Source: Bacilli bacterium
GTDB taxonomy: Bacteria > Bacillota_I > Bacilli_A > RFN20 > CAG-826
Direction of reading: 5' to 3'
Length of the DNA: 63,127 nt
Assembly (NCBI GenBank): GCA_023268805.1
Contig: JALRKT010000004.1
Location: 1-63,127, forward strand
Below are positions 27,723 through 38,371 of the stretch, one piece after another (the first letter of the stretch is position 1; each line of letters starts with the position of its first letter). The translations under genes were made by a program, and so were the position numbers. Below the pieces are notes generated by a model that was not told the DNA's origin, did no database searches, and was given only the letters and a program-made list of their open reading frames with translations.

Positions 27723-28541
27723 ATGCAGACAGTGGGTGCGTATTATCATTCACTTCTCCAAAATGAAACCCTTAATCCCTTTGATTTACGGGAACTCTTC
27801 ATCCAGCAACTTTTCTTGCATTCTCACTCCGATTTTTATCTTCATTTGAATGATCCCTTTCAACCGAGTGATACCTTCTTCTCGGGAATCAAACGTCTTC
27901 GTCAGCAAGAACCGATTGCCTATATTGTTGGTTCTTCGGAATTTTACCACTGCCGTTTTCATGTCAATCCATCTGTTTTGATTCCTCGTCCTGAAACGGA
28001 AGAACTGATTGAATTGGTTTTAAAGAGAACTTCCACATGGACCGAACCCATGAATGTGATGGATATCGGAACCGGAAGTGGAGTCATTGCTTGTACTTTA
28101 AAAAGAAGCAAACCCACATGGAATATAGGGGCTTCGGATCTTTCGGAAAAAGCATTATCTATCGCTAAAAAGAATGCGAAAAAAATGAAATTAAAGATTG
28201 ATTTTCGCCTTGGCTCAGGGGTAGAACCATGGCTTACCTCCACGATACACGGGGTTGTTTCCAATCCCCCTTACATTTTGGATAAAAATACGATTGATTC
28301 TAATGTGCTAATGTATGAACCTCATCTCGCGCTGCTTACGGATGAAAAAACTGTACTCTATCGTCCGATTCTTGAGCTGTTTGTGACCCATCCAGAACTT
28401 AAATTTGTTGCGTTTGAATGTTTGCCGGACTGGAAAGCATGGTTTGAATCATTTCTTCAAACCTTACCGATTCCCTTATCCGTACAATTCAGTGAGGATA
28501 TTAATTCCAAGGTACGATTCGCCTGGATTGAACGAAAGTGA
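27723..28541 (+). CDS. prmC: Release-factor glutamine N5-methyltransferase
   Basis: 'DIGTGSG' SAM motif and 'NPPY'. Immediately downstream of prfA. Confidence 0.88.
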   Translation: MQTVGAYYHSLLQNETLNPFDLRELFIQQLFLHSHSDFYLHLNDPFQPSDTFFSGIKRLRQQEPIAYIVGSSEFYHCRFHVNPSVLIPRPETEELIELVLKRTSTWTEPMNVMDIGTGSGVIACTLKRSKPTWNIGASDLSEKALSIAKKNAKKMKLKIDFRLGSGVEPWLTSTIHGVVSNPPYILDKNTIDSNVLMYEPHLALLTDEKTVLYRPILELFVTHPELKFVAFECLPDWKAWFESFLQTLPIPLSVQFSEDINSKVRFAWIERK

Positions 28542-28566
28542 GTACAATGAAAGTAGAGGTTAATGT

Positions 28567-29019
28567 ATGAAATTAATTGTTGCCAGTGATCACGCTGGGT
28601 TTGCCTATAAAAAAATCATTTTGGACCACTTAGCCAAACGTTCTGATGTGACGATTGAAGATGGTGGTACTTTTTCTGAAGGATCGTGTCATTATCCTGA
28701 ATACGCGATTTCAGCTTCTGAACGCGTTGCCAACAAAGAATTTGATTTTGGCATTCTTCTTTGTGGTTCGGGGATGGGGGTTTCCATTGCGAGTAATAAA
28801 GTGAAAGGTGCCCGTTGTGCCGTCGGTTATCATGATGAAGCAACGAAGCGTGCTCGTATTGACAATGATGCCAATCTCATCGCCTTTGGAGCCCGTTATA
28901 TGGCGATGGAAGATATTCTTCGTCGTATTGATTTATTTTTAACAACGCCCTATGAAGGCGGTCGTCATCAAGTTCGCCTTGATCTTATCGCCGATTACGA
29001 AGCTAAAAATTATCGTTAA
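28567..29019 (+). CDS. rpiB: Ribose-5-phosphate isomerase B
   Basis: 'ASDHAGF', 'LCGSGMGVSIASNK' and 'NDANLIAFGAR'. Confidence 0.9.
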   Translation: MKLIVASDHAGFAYKKIILDHLAKRSDVTIEDGGTFSEGSCHYPEYAISASERVANKEFDFGILLCGSGMGVSIASNKVKGARCAVGYHDEATKRARIDNDANLIAFGARYMAMEDILRRIDLFLTTPYEGGRHQVRLDLIADYEAKNYR

Positions 29020-29048
29020 ATTTCCCGATTCAACACCTATTAAACGGT

Positions 29049-30209
29049 GTGGAAATCATTCAACCATGTTCTTTTTGCGGTAATCGTGAAACGGATCTTT
29101 TTGATACGCGTAAAGGGGTTCGCTATTGTCGGGTTTGTTTACCCTTTCAAACGGAACCGATTGTCATTCAAGCACAACCATTTTCAATCGAGCATGTGCT
29201 TAAACTTGGCTATGCATTAACGCCTGCACAACAACGCGTTTCTGAGGGCATTTTAACCGCCATTCAACAACAGAAGGATGTCATGGTCGATGCAGTGACA
29301 GGAAGTGGAAAAACAGAAATTGTTTTTGCATCGATTTTATGGACATTAAAACAAGGGGGACGAGTAGGCTTTGTGATTCCCCGACGCGATGTTGTTCGCG
29401 AACTCTTTCCTCGGCTAGTAAACGCCTTTCCCTTTTCTACATGCGTGGAAGTCTATGGAGGACATACCGATCAATTAGAGGGACATATCACGGTACTGAC
29501 AACCCACCAACTCTATCGTTACCAACATTATTTTTCCTTGCTTGTTTTTGATGAAGTGGATGCCTTTCCCTATGTTGGAAATCGTGTTCTAAAAAAGATG
29601 GTCAAACGTTCGGTCAAAGGGAGCATTATTTATTTATCAGCAACATTTACTCCGTATGTTTTAAAGGCGTTTCATGAGATCGGAGGTCATATTGAACGCT
29701 TGGAAATTCGCCATCATCAACATCCGATGCCCCAGTTAAAATGGATTCGAACTTGGCAATTTCTTAGTTATTTTTTGATGATTGATCGTGTGAAAATATG
29801 GGTCAAAAATCATAAACCCGTCATCATCTTTGTTCCAACGCTTGCTGAAGGGAAACGCCTTTTTCAATGGTTATCATTATGGATTCCAAAAGGAAGATGG
29901 GTGCATGCGGGGACGCCCTCGCGTGATGAAGATATTGAGGCATTCAAGCAAGGAAAAGTTCATTATCTTGTGTCTACTTCCATTCTGGAACGCGGAATTA
30001 CATTAGTTCATCTACAAGTTATTATTGCGTCTGCAGACCATCCGTTGATGGAAGAAAAAACACTCATTCAAATGGCGGGAAGAGTCGGACGGAAAAAGGA
30101 GGATCCTAATGGTGAAGTTATCCTATATGCCCAAGTGGTTACACCGGCCATGGTTGCAAGTTACCAACGCATTGAAAATGCCAACCGTGCATTGTCAGAT
30201 TTGTTTTAA
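29049..30209 (+). CDS. comFA: ComFA-like DEAD/DEAH helicase (competence-associated)
   Basis: N-terminal Cys4 'CSFCG...CRVC', Walker A 'AVTGSGKTE', 'FDEVDAF' and 'QMAGRVGR'. Confidence 0.8.
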   Translation: MEIIQPCSFCGNRETDLFDTRKGVRYCRVCLPFQTEPIVIQAQPFSIEHVLKLGYALTPAQQRVSEGILTAIQQQKDVMVDAVTGSGKTEIVFASILWTLKQGGRVGFVIPRRDVVRELFPRLVNAFPFSTCVEVYGGHTDQLEGHITVLTTHQLYRYQHYFSLLVFDEVDAFPYVGNRVLKKMVKRSVKGSIIYLSATFTPYVLKAFHEIGGHIERLEIRHHQHPMPQLKWIRTWQFLSYFLMIDRVKIWVKNHKPVIIFVPTLAEGKRLFQWLSLWIPKGRWVHAGTPSRDEDIEAFKQGKVHYLVSTSILERGITLVHLQVIIASADHPLMEEKTLIQMAGRVGRKKEDPNGEVILYAQVVTPAMVASYQRIENANRALSDLF

Positions 30210-30783
30210 AAGCATGACCCAAGAATGGCGAGTTTCTTATCCACGCTGTGAGTCGTGTGATTTAAAGTTAGAACGCTTGTGGACGTCGCAAAAAATAGAA
30301 GGATATCGCTGTTGGATTCTTTTTAAATATAATGATTTTTTTAAGTCCTTGCTTTATCGCTATAAAGGGTTAGGTGAACGCGCACTTAGTCTAAGTTTTC
30401 TGCAAGGTGTTACCATGTGGTTTTGGATTCATTTTGAGAATGCGGTCATTATTTTGCCACCCGTTCATTTTATGGATGACGATCGTCGAGGTTTTTCTCC
30501 ATTAAAGGAAATTTTTAAACGTGTTGGTCCATGTTATCAACCGTTTTTTAAACAAGGGGACTACAAGCAAAGCGATCAATCCTTTCCAAAGCGAAAGGAT
30601 ATTGGGTATCATCTCCGCGTAGAGGATAGTCAATTAAAAACGTTAAAATCGCATCAAAAACTAGTTTGTGTGGATGATGTTTTAACGTCGGGAGAAACGA
30701 TGAAATGGATGTTTCAACAACTAAAACATCGAGGTTTTAAAAATCTTCATGGTTTTGTCCTCGCACATCCAACGAAAGCATGA
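30178..30783 (+). CDS. comFC: ComFC-like phosphoribosyltransferase-domain protein
   Basis: N-terminal 'CQIC...CESC' and the PRT motif 'LVCVDDVLTSGET'. The start is chosen at MPTVHC. The ORF-track start at 30109 is an alternative. Confidence 0.75.
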   Translation: MPTVHCQICFKSMTQEWRVSYPRCESCDLKLERLWTSQKIEGYRCWILFKYNDFFKSLLYRYKGLGERALSLSFLQGVTMWFWIHFENAVIILPPVHFMDDDRRGFSPLKEIFKRVGPCYQPFFKQGDYKQSDQSFPKRKDIGYHLRVEDSQLKTLKSHQKLVCVDDVLTSGETMKWMFQQLKHRGFKNLHGFVLAHPTKA

Positions 30784-30827
30784 CATTCTTAGGTATAAAA
30801 TGGTAAAATAAATAACTGGTAAAAAAT

Positions 30828-33233
30828 ATGTCATTTATAGAAAAATTATTTCGTCTTGATGAACGTCAATTAAATAAATATCTCAAAGAAGCGGATAAGG
30901 TTTTGGCTTATGAATCGGAAATCGCTGCCTTAACGGATGAACAACTTCAAGCTAAGACGCCTTACTTTAGAGAGCTATTAGCCCAAGGTAAAAACTTAGA
31001 AGACATCAAATACGAAGCATTTGCTGTTGCTCGTGAAGCGGCGAAACGTACGTTGAAAATGACCCCGTTTAAAGTTCAAATTGTGGGAGCCTTAGTTCTT
31101 CACGGTGGAAACGTCGCAGAAATGCGTACGGGGGAAGGAAAAACGTTAACGGCGACCATGGCTGTTTACTTAAATGCACTCGGTGGTAAAGGAGTCCACG
31201 TTATCACGGTCAACGAATATTTAGCAAAACGTGACGCGGAATGGATGGGGACCATTTATCAATTTTTAGGATTAAAAGTAGGGGTGAACGTTCGTGAAAA
31301 AACCCCTGAACAAAAACAAGAAGCCTATCAATGTGATATTACCTATTCAACCAACTCCGAGGTTGGCTTCGACTATTTGCGTGATAACATGACAGCAAAT
31401 CCAAAAACTCGCGTCTTACGTGGATTAAATTTTGCAGTTATTGACGAAGCAGATTCAATTTTGATTGATGAATCGCGTACCCCTTTAATTATTTCGGGTG
31501 GCGCCAAAACGTCTGAAGCAGAGTTTATTAAGTTTGATCGCTTTGTGAAATCGTTAAAAAAAGACAAACATTTTACGATTGATGTCAAATCGAAGACGGC
31601 AATGTTAACCGATTCCGGTTCAACCTTGGCGGAAATGGCATTTAATATTAAAAACCTTTATTCCCCCGAGCACAGTGAAAAAGTTCACCGTATTCATCAA
31701 TCGTTAAAAGCTAACCATATTATGGTCAAAGACGTCGATTATTTAGTCGACCAAGAAAATAATGTTCAAATTATTGACCAATTTACGGGTCGCATCCTTA
31801 AGGGTCGAGAATTCTCGGATGGATTGCATCAAGCCATTCAAGCGAAAGAAGGGGCGACATTTCGCTCGGAAACCATCACGATGGCGACCATTACCTATCA
31901 AAACTTTTTCCGCCTTTATCAAAAACTCGGTGGGATGACCGGAACCGCCAAGACGGAAGAAGAGGAATTTATCAAAATTTATAACATGAAGGTTGTCGTC
32001 ATTCCGACCAACGTTCCGATTAAACGTAAAGATGACGTCGATTTAGTGTTTGCCTCCAAAGCCGCCAAGCTAGCGGCTCTTGTGAAAGAAATTAAAACCC
32101 GCCACGCCCATCAACAACCGTTATTGATTGGGACCCCTTCGGTTGAAGCCAGTGAAGAACTTTCTCGTTTGCTCACTAAAGAAGGTTTGAAACATTTTGT
32201 CTTAAATGCCAAAAATCACGCATCAGAAGCTGAAATTGTTCAACATGCTGGTGAAAAAGGTTCGATTACGATTGCAACCAACATGGCGGGTCGTGGTACC
32301 GATATTAAGATCAATGATGAAGTTCGTGCCCTCGGTGGCTTGTGTGTGTTAGGAACAGAACGTCACGAAGCCCGTCGTATTGATAACCAATTACGGGGTC
32401 GTTCAGGTCGACAAGGGGATCCTGGTTATTCTCGATTCTTTGTGTCTTTAGATGATGATTTAATGGTGCGCTTTGGCTCGGATAACTTACGGACCATGTT
32501 TAAATCACTCGGGGATGATGCGATCGAAAATCGCTTGCTCATGAATGCCATTACTGGCGCGCAAAAACGAATTGAAGGACAAAACTTTGATATTCGTAAA
32601 AGCGTTTTGGACTATGATAACGTCTTAGCAAAACAACGAAGTGTCATGTACAGCCGTCGTGATGCGATTTTATTTGCTGATGATATCAATGATATTATTA
32701 ACGACACGTTCAACAGTGCTGGATTATCGTTTGCCGAAAAAAGTGTCATTCCTGATGATCGAACCAAATCGATTGATGGTGAAAAATTAAAAATGAGTCT
32801 AGAACCTCGCTTCTTACCCGAAGGAACCATTCAACCCAAAGCATTTTCTGAATCGCCTCTTGAAGAAGTGGCAGAAGATATTACCGTGTTACTTTTAAAG
32901 CAATACAAGCAACTCATCAAAGATTGGCCCCCAGAAATTATTAAACAAATTCCTCGTCAATTATTATTGAAAATTATTGACCGAAATTGGCCTCGTCATA
33001 TTGATGCGATGGACCATTTACGTCAAAGTATTCACCTCCGTTCGTATGCACAGTCCAACCCCTTACAGGATTACGTCAATGAAGGGTTTAAAATGTTTAA
33101 AGATTTGAATCAAAAAATTGCCGTTGAATTTGTCGGTACAATTTTATCTGCCAAACTCGAAATGAAAACGCAACCAGCCGTGCCTCCGGTCGTTGAACCA
33201 GGTTACCAACCGGCAAAGGAACCTTCAAAATGA
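30828..33233 (+). CDS. secA: Preprotein translocase ATPase SecA
   Basis: 'MRTGEGKTL', 'DEADSILIDE', 'MTGTA' and 'TNMAGRGTDI'. It lacks the C-terminal zinc-finger tail. Confidence 0.96.
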   Translation: MSFIEKLFRLDERQLNKYLKEADKVLAYESEIAALTDEQLQAKTPYFRELLAQGKNLEDIKYEAFAVAREAAKRTLKMTPFKVQIVGALVLHGGNVAEMRTGEGKTLTATMAVYLNALGGKGVHVITVNEYLAKRDAEWMGTIYQFLGLKVGVNVREKTPEQKQEAYQCDITYSTNSEVGFDYLRDNMTANPKTRVLRGLNFAVIDEADSILIDESRTPLIISGGAKTSEAEFIKFDRFVKSLKKDKHFTIDVKSKTAMLTDSGSTLAEMAFNIKNLYSPEHSEKVHRIHQSLKANHIMVKDVDYLVDQENNVQIIDQFTGRILKGREFSDGLHQAIQAKEGATFRSETITMATITYQNFFRLYQKLGGMTGTAKTEEEEFIKIYNMKVVVIPTNVPIKRKDDVDLVFASKAAKLAALVKEIKTRHAHQQPLLIGTPSVEASEELSRLLTKEGLKHFVLNAKNHASEAEIVQHAGEKGSITIATNMAGRGTDIKINDEVRALGGLCVLGTERHEARRIDNQLRGRSGRQGDPGYSRFFVSLDDDLMVRFGSDNLRTMFKSLGDDAIENRLLMNAITGAQKRIEGQNFDIRKSVLDYDNVLAKQRSVMYSRRDAILFADDINDIINDTFNSAGLSFAEKSVIPDDRTKSIDGEKLKMSLEPRFLPEGTIQPKAFSESPLEEVAEDITVLLLKQYKQLIKDWPPEIIKQIPRQLLLKIIDRNWPRHIDAMDHLRQSIHLRSYAQSNPLQDYVNEGFKMFKDLNQKIAVEFVGTILSAKLEMKTQPAVPPVVEPGYQPAKEPSK

Positions 33234-34340
33234 TTGATTTTTCCCTCATCAAAGCGGAGTTAAATGACTTGAAATTACTCGTTCAACAAGTCAGTGATTC
33301 TCTTTGACCCTACTCGCGTAAAACAACAAATTGATCGTGACGAAGCCCAGATGAATGATGATCATTTTTGGGATGATCAACGGGAAGCCAAAAAAGTCGT
33401 TCAACGTCTCAATGAAGCGCGTCATCAATGGGAACAATATCATGCGATTATCAACGGGTTTAAAGAACTTGAAGAACTTTTTCAACTCCTCGAAGATGAT
33501 CCTTCCATTTACGATAGTTTTCGTTCCGAACTCGATCACTTAAAAAAACAAGCGCATGAAGCGCGTCAATTGCTCTTCTTTTCTGGAGAATTCGATGGAC
33601 TGAATGCAATTCTAGAACTTCATCCTGGTGCAGGAGGGACGGAAAGCCATGATTGGGCAGACATGCTTTATCGTATGTATGTTCGGTACGTAGAATGGCA
33701 AAAATTTTCGATTCAGGTACTGGATTACCAAGCCGGTGAAGAAGCGGGCGTTAAAAGTGTCACGTTACTTGTCAAAGGCCCTCATGCCTATGGCTTACTC
33801 AAATCAGAAAAAGGCGTCCATCGGCTCGTACGCATTTCTCCGTTTGACGCGAATGGACGTCGCCATACTTCGTTTGCCTCCGTCAATGTCATTCCCGAAA
33901 TTCAAGATACGATTGATTTAGAAATTCCCGACAAAGATTTACGCATTGATACGTATCGCTCGGGGGGTGCCGGTGGACAAAACGTTAATAAAGTCGAAAG
34001 TGCCGTTCGCATTACTCACATTCCTACAGGACTCGTCGCTTCGTGTCAGATTGAACGTAGTCAGATTCAAAATAAAGAAATGGCAATGAATATGTTAAAA
34101 GCCCAGTTATATCAACGAAAAAAACAAGAACAACAACAAGCGATGGATGCGATTGTTGGTGAACAAAAAGATATTGAGTGGGGCAGTCAAATTCGTTCCT
34201 ATGTTTTCCAACCGTATACGTTAGTCAAAGATCACCGTACGAACTATCAAGAAGGCGATGTGAATCGGGTGATGGATGGCGATATTTCTGGTTTTATTCA
34301 AGCGTATTTAGAAAAGGAGGCCAAAGTACGTGGATCGTAA
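33230..34340 (+). CDS. prfB: Peptide chain release factor 2, made by a programmed +1 frameshift (frame 0 is 33230-33304, then 33306-34340)
   Basis: Frame 0 gives MIDFSLIKAELNDLKLLVQQVSDSL and then TGA. The +1 frame continues DPTRVKQQ... with 'SPF' and 'GGAGGQNVNK'. ATGA overlap with secA. Confidence 0.93.
33302..33308 (+). promoter_or_regulatory. prfB recoding site CTT TGA C
   Basis: The canonical RF2 autoregulatory shift heptamer is read directly in the sequence. Confidence 0.9.
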
Positions 34341-35232
34341 ATCATGGTTCCTCTCCTTACTTCAATTAGCTGTTGCCAACATTGTTTTAGCAACAGGGAC
34401 TTCGTTTTTTCTTGCGCCCCTTAATATTGTCAATGGCGGACTAAGTGGAATTGCCATCATTTTTAAAGCATTATGGGGGTGGGATTTAGATGTGACTACC
34501 GCGATTTTTGCTTGGTTACTCTTTTTACTGGGCTATGTCACCCTTGGAAAATCATTTTCACTTAAAACATTATTTGCAACGATTTCATACCCTTTATTCG
34601 TAGTGATTTTTATTCGGTTTATCGGGATTGATGCCTTGGCCTTCGAAGCGTCTAACGATATTCATCGCCTCCTCGCCAGTTTATTTGGAGGGGCATTAGT
34701 GGGTTTTGGTGTTGCTTTAGCGTTTTTAGCAGGAGGATCCACAGGGGGCGTGGATGTTCTTGTGTTATTGGGTAAAAAATGGTTTGATTGGACCACCTCT
34801 GCAACCGCTTTTTGGGTCGATGTCCTCATTATTGGCATTGGTTTTCTTGTCTTTGGGGTCTATCAAGGATTATTTGGCATTATTTCAACGGTTATGTCAT
34901 CCCTCGTTATTGAACTCGTTTTTGTCGGTGGATCAAAGATGTATTGGGTTACGATTATTTCTCATCAAACCAAGCCCATCTTAGACTATATTCATCATCA
35001 ACTGGAACGAGGATCAACGCTTTTGCCTGCCATTGGTGGTTATACCGACGAACCTTACCAAGTCATCCAAGTCGCGATTGCTCGTCATGATTACTATGCG
35101 TTAAAACAAGCGGTATCATCGCTTGATCCCAAAGCGTTTGTGATCTTCACGCAAGCACGTTCCATTCATGGAGAAGGATTTGATCCATTTCCTGTTTCTC
35201 CGTTACCGAAACGACGAAAGGTGAAGTCTTAA
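34330..35232 (+). CDS. YitT-family membrane protein (DUF161 plus C-terminal DUF2179)
   Basis: Five or six TM helices with 'VNGGLSGIA' and 'GGSTGGVD', plus a C-terminal soluble domain. GTG start overlaps the prfB end. Confidence 0.75.
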   Translation: MDRKSWFLSLLQLAVANIVLATGTSFFLAPLNIVNGGLSGIAIIFKALWGWDLDVTTAIFAWLLFLLGYVTLGKSFSLKTLFATISYPLFVVIFIRFIGIDALAFEASNDIHRLLASLFGGALVGFGVALAFLAGGSTGGVDVLVLLGKKWFDWTTSATAFWVDVLIIGIGFLVFGVYQGLFGIISTVMSSLVIELVFVGGSKMYWVTIISHQTKPILDYIHHQLERGSTLLPAIGGYTDEPYQVIQVAIARHDYYALKQAVSSLDPKAFVIFTQARSIHGEGFDPFPVSPLPKRRKVKS

Positions 35233-37203
35233 ATGCCGGATTTTAAAATTGTTTCTCCCTATCAACCGACAGGAGATCAACCGATAGCCATTCAACAACT
35301 CGTAGAAGGATTAAACGAAAATCGTCGATTTCAAGTGCTTCTTGGTGCGACAGGAACGGGTAAAACGTTTACCATTGCCAACGTCATTGAAAAAACACAA
35401 CGACCCACCCTCGTGTTAGTTCATAACAAAACATTAGCAGGGCAATTGTACGGGGAATTTAAGGAACTATTCCCGCACAATCGTGTGGAATATTTCGTCA
35501 GTAACTTTGATTTTTATCAACCAGAAGCGTACTTACCAAAATCGGATACGTACATCGAAAAAAATGCGATGATGAATGACGAAATCGAAATGATGCGTAC
35601 TTCCGCGATTAACAGTTTACTGGAACGTCGGGACACGATTGTCGTCGCTTCGGTGGCCGCCATTTATGGGTTAACCGATCCACAGGAATATCAACGGCTT
35701 GCCTTTTATTTGCGCGTGGGTGAAACCATAGATCGGAAGCAATTATTCAAACAACTCATCGATGCGCAGTATGAACGTCAACCCTTTGACATCGCCCCTG
35801 GAGGGTTTCGTGTTCGTGGGGATGTGATTGAAATTGCGGTGCCAGGATTAGAAGACAAAGCCTTACGAATTGATACGTTTGGGGATGAAATTGAATCCAT
35901 GGCCCTTGTTGATACCGTCACTGGTGAAACCGTTGCCCGTTATAAAAGTTATGCGATTTATCCTGCCTATGGGCACGCCTCGACGCATGAACGTGTGTTA
36001 AAAGCATGTAAATCGATTGAAGCCGAATTACACGAACGTCTCGCGTATTTCAAACAAGAAAATAAACTATTGGAAGCGCAACGATTAGAGCTTCGAACCA
36101 AACAAGATTTAGAATCCTTACGTGAATTTGGCATGTGTCCAGGTATTGAAAACTATTCGCGTCATATCGATCAACGTCAACCCGGTGTTCGCCCTTTTTG
36201 TTTACTCGATTACTTCCCGAAAGATGCTTTACTTGTCGTGGATGAATCGCACGTAAGTTTCCCTCAAGTTCGGGGGATGTATAACGGGGATCGTGCGCGA
36301 AAAGAAACGCTGGTTGAATATGGATTCCGCTTACCGTCAGCGTTAGATAACCGTCCTTTAAAGTTTCCAGAATTTGAAGCGATTCTCCCCAATGTCATTT
36401 GTACTTCAGCGACGCCTGGAGATTATGAACTCACACAGGCAGAACAACGTGTCGTCGAACAAATTATTCGTCCGACAGGACTTGTCGATCCAACGATTTC
36501 TATTCGTCCTACCATGGGTCAAATTGATGATTTAATGCAAGAAATACGCCAGCGTGTTGACGCTAAAGAACGCGTAATGGTCGTTACCTTAACGATCAAG
36601 ATGGCAGAAGATTTAACCGCGTATTTGAAAAATAAGGGCATGAAGGTCGTCTACATGCACGCGGAAACAAAAACATTAGAACGTGCCCAAGTCATTTATC
36701 AACTTCGTAAAGGTAAATATGACGTTCTCATTGGGATTAATTTATTACGAGAAGGGCTCGATATCCCCGAAGTATCTTTAATTACCATTTTGGATGCAGA
36801 CAAAGAAGGTTTTTTACGTTCAACACGCTCCCTCATTCAAATTATTGGTCGGGCGGCACGCAATGCTAAAGGCAAAGTGATCATGTACGCGGATAAAATG
36901 ACCGATTCCATGAAAGCCGCGATTCAAGAAACGGACCGTCGTCGTGCGATTCAACAAGCTTACAATGAACAATTTGGCATTACCCCAAAAACGATTCAAA
37001 AAGACGTTATTTCGCCTCTTAGCATGCAAGAAGAAACGGATGTGACCCGATTATTAGAAGGTAAAGCCTCCCGTTCTGAAATTGAAAACCGTATTAAAGA
37101 ATTTGAAAAAATTATGAAAGAAGCGGCGAAAGCGTATGACTTTGAACGGGCCGCAGAAGTTCGCGATGTCATCTTCGAACTCAAAGCCCAATTGAAGAAT
37201 TAA
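35233..37203 (+). CDS. uvrB: Excinuclease ABC subunit B
   Basis: '[12 protein letters not shown]', 'VDESHV', '[13 protein letters not shown]' and the C-terminal UVR motif 'FERAAEVRD'. Confidence 0.96.
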   Translation: MPDFKIVSPYQPTGDQPIAIQQLVEGLNENRRFQVLLGATGTGKTFTIANVIEKTQRPTLVLVHNKTLAGQLYGEFKELFPHNRVEYFVSNFDFYQPEAYLPKSDTYIEKNAMMNDEIEMMRTSAINSLLERRDTIVVASVAAIYGLTDPQEYQRLAFYLRVGETIDRKQLFKQLIDAQYERQPFDIAPGGFRVRGDVIEIAVPGLEDKALRIDTFGDEIESMALVDTVTGETVARYKSYAIYPAYGHASTHERVLKACKSIEAELHERLAYFKQENKLLEAQRLELRTKQDLESLREFGMCPGIENYSRHIDQRQPGVRPFCLLDYFPKDALLVVDESHVSFPQVRGMYNGDRARKETLVEYGFRLPSALDNRPLKFPEFEAILPNVICTSATPGDYELTQAEQRVVEQIIRPTGLVDPTISIRPTMGQIDDLMQEIRQRVDAKERVMVVTLTIKMAEDLTAYLKNKGMKVVYMHAETKTLERAQVIYQLRKGKYDVLIGINLLREGLDIPEVSLITILDADKEGFLRSTRSLIQIIGRAARNAKGKVIMYADKMTDSMKAAIQETDRRRAIQQAYNEQFGITPKTIQKDVISPLSMQEETDVTRLLEGKASRSEIENRIKEFEKIMKEAAKAYDFERAAEVRDVIFELKAQLKN

Positions 37204-37258
37204 TGTAGTTTAAATTTAAGTCAAAGTAAGGTATATTTATAACCTGTAGGAGAACATT

Positions 37259-37486
37259 ATGAACTTTTTAGATATTAGCTTTATTGTCGTTTCATTCATC
37301 ATTATTATTTTATCGTTACTTCAAGGTGGAAAATCTGAAGGAGCGTCGGGTGCCATCACGGGGGCAGGGATGAACGTATTTGTGAAAACAAAAGAACGAG
37401 GATCTGAACTCATCGTCTCGTGGTTAACCCTTGGTTTTGGGATGTTATTTTTCTTACTTGCGTTACTGACCAACGCCTTAGCCTAG
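37259..37486 (+). CDS. secG: Preprotein translocase subunit SecG
   Basis: 75 aa with two TM helices and 'LLQGGKSEG'. AGGAG SD. Confidence 0.85.
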   Translation: MNFLDISFIVVSFIIIILSLLQGGKSEGASGAITGAGMNVFVKTKERGSELIVSWLTLGFGMLFFLLALLTNALA

Positions 37487-37511
37487 TCAAACAGAAATAG
37501 TTTATGAAATA

Positions 37512-37538
37512 AGAGTGAGTGAATATCACTCTTTTTTT
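37512..37538 (+). terminator. Rho-independent terminator after secG
   Basis: AGAGTGA-GTGAATA-TCACTCT plus T7. Confidence 0.75.
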
Positions 37539-37564
37539 CTTGGCGTTTTATTTTGATATAATGA

Positions 37565-38371
37565 ATGACGATGACCATTAAAGCATTTGTAGAACAAGAA
37601 AAAAGCAAACTAAAAACAACGATTTCATCGTTAAAATCAACCCCCCATTTGGTGATTATTCAAGCGAATGAAAACGAAGGTTCCAATATTTATATTCGTG
37701 GCAAAATTCAAGATTGTCAGGATGTAGGCATTAAAGCAACTCACGTCCGTTATCCCATCACAATAACGGAAGCCGATCTCCTTAAAGAAATTCAACGATA
37801 TAACGACGATCCCTCTGTGGATGGGTTGCTCGTTCAAGTGCCGTTACCTGATACCATTCGCCCTAGTGTTATTCGGGAAGCAATCGTGCCATCCAAGGAT
37901 GTCGATGGCTTTCATCCTTTATCGTCGATGATGGCGTGTACCCCCAAAGGCATCGTGGATTATTTAGCCGCCATTGGTTTTCCGTTTAAAGGAAAGCATG
38001 CAGTCGTCATCGGGCGATCGTTTATCGTCGGAAAACCCTTATCGACCGCGTTACTAGACCGCGATTGTACGGTTTCGATGATTCATTCCAAAACCGAAGA
38101 GGCAACAAAATTGGCGTTACTCCAATCCGCGGACCTTATTTGTGTTGCCGTCGGTCAAAAATGGTTTTTATCGGATGAGAAAATTAAACCGAGTGCTATT
38201 CTCGTCGATATTGGCATTAATCGTGAAGATGGTCTCTTGTTTGGGGATATTAAACCAGGCCGGCATGCCGCGCTACAAACACCTGTTCCGGGTGGCGTGG
38301 GTTTACTTACGCGTTTATCTTTGTTGAAAAATGTTGTTGAGGCGTACCATCTTCGTCATCAATCGTCTTGA
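37565..38371 (+). CDS. folD: Bifunctional methylenetetrahydrofolate dehydrogenase/cyclohydrolase
   Basis: 'DGLLVQVPLP', 'KDVDGFHP', 'VIGRSFIVGKP' and 'TPVPGGVG'. The true start may be ATG 37571 (see findings). Confidence 0.9.
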   Translation: MTMTIKAFVEQEKSKLKTTISSLKSTPHLVIIQANENEGSNIYIRGKIQDCQDVGIKATHVRYPITITEADLLKEIQRYNDDPSVDGLLVQVPLPDTIRPSVIREAIVPSKDVDGFHPLSSMMACTPKGIVDYLAAIGFPFKGKHAVVIGRSFIVGKPLSTALLDRDCTVSMIHSKTEEATKLALLQSADLICVAVGQKWFLSDEKIKPSAILVDIGINREDGLLFGDIKPGRHAALQTPVPGGVGLLTRLSLLKNVVEAYHLRHQSS

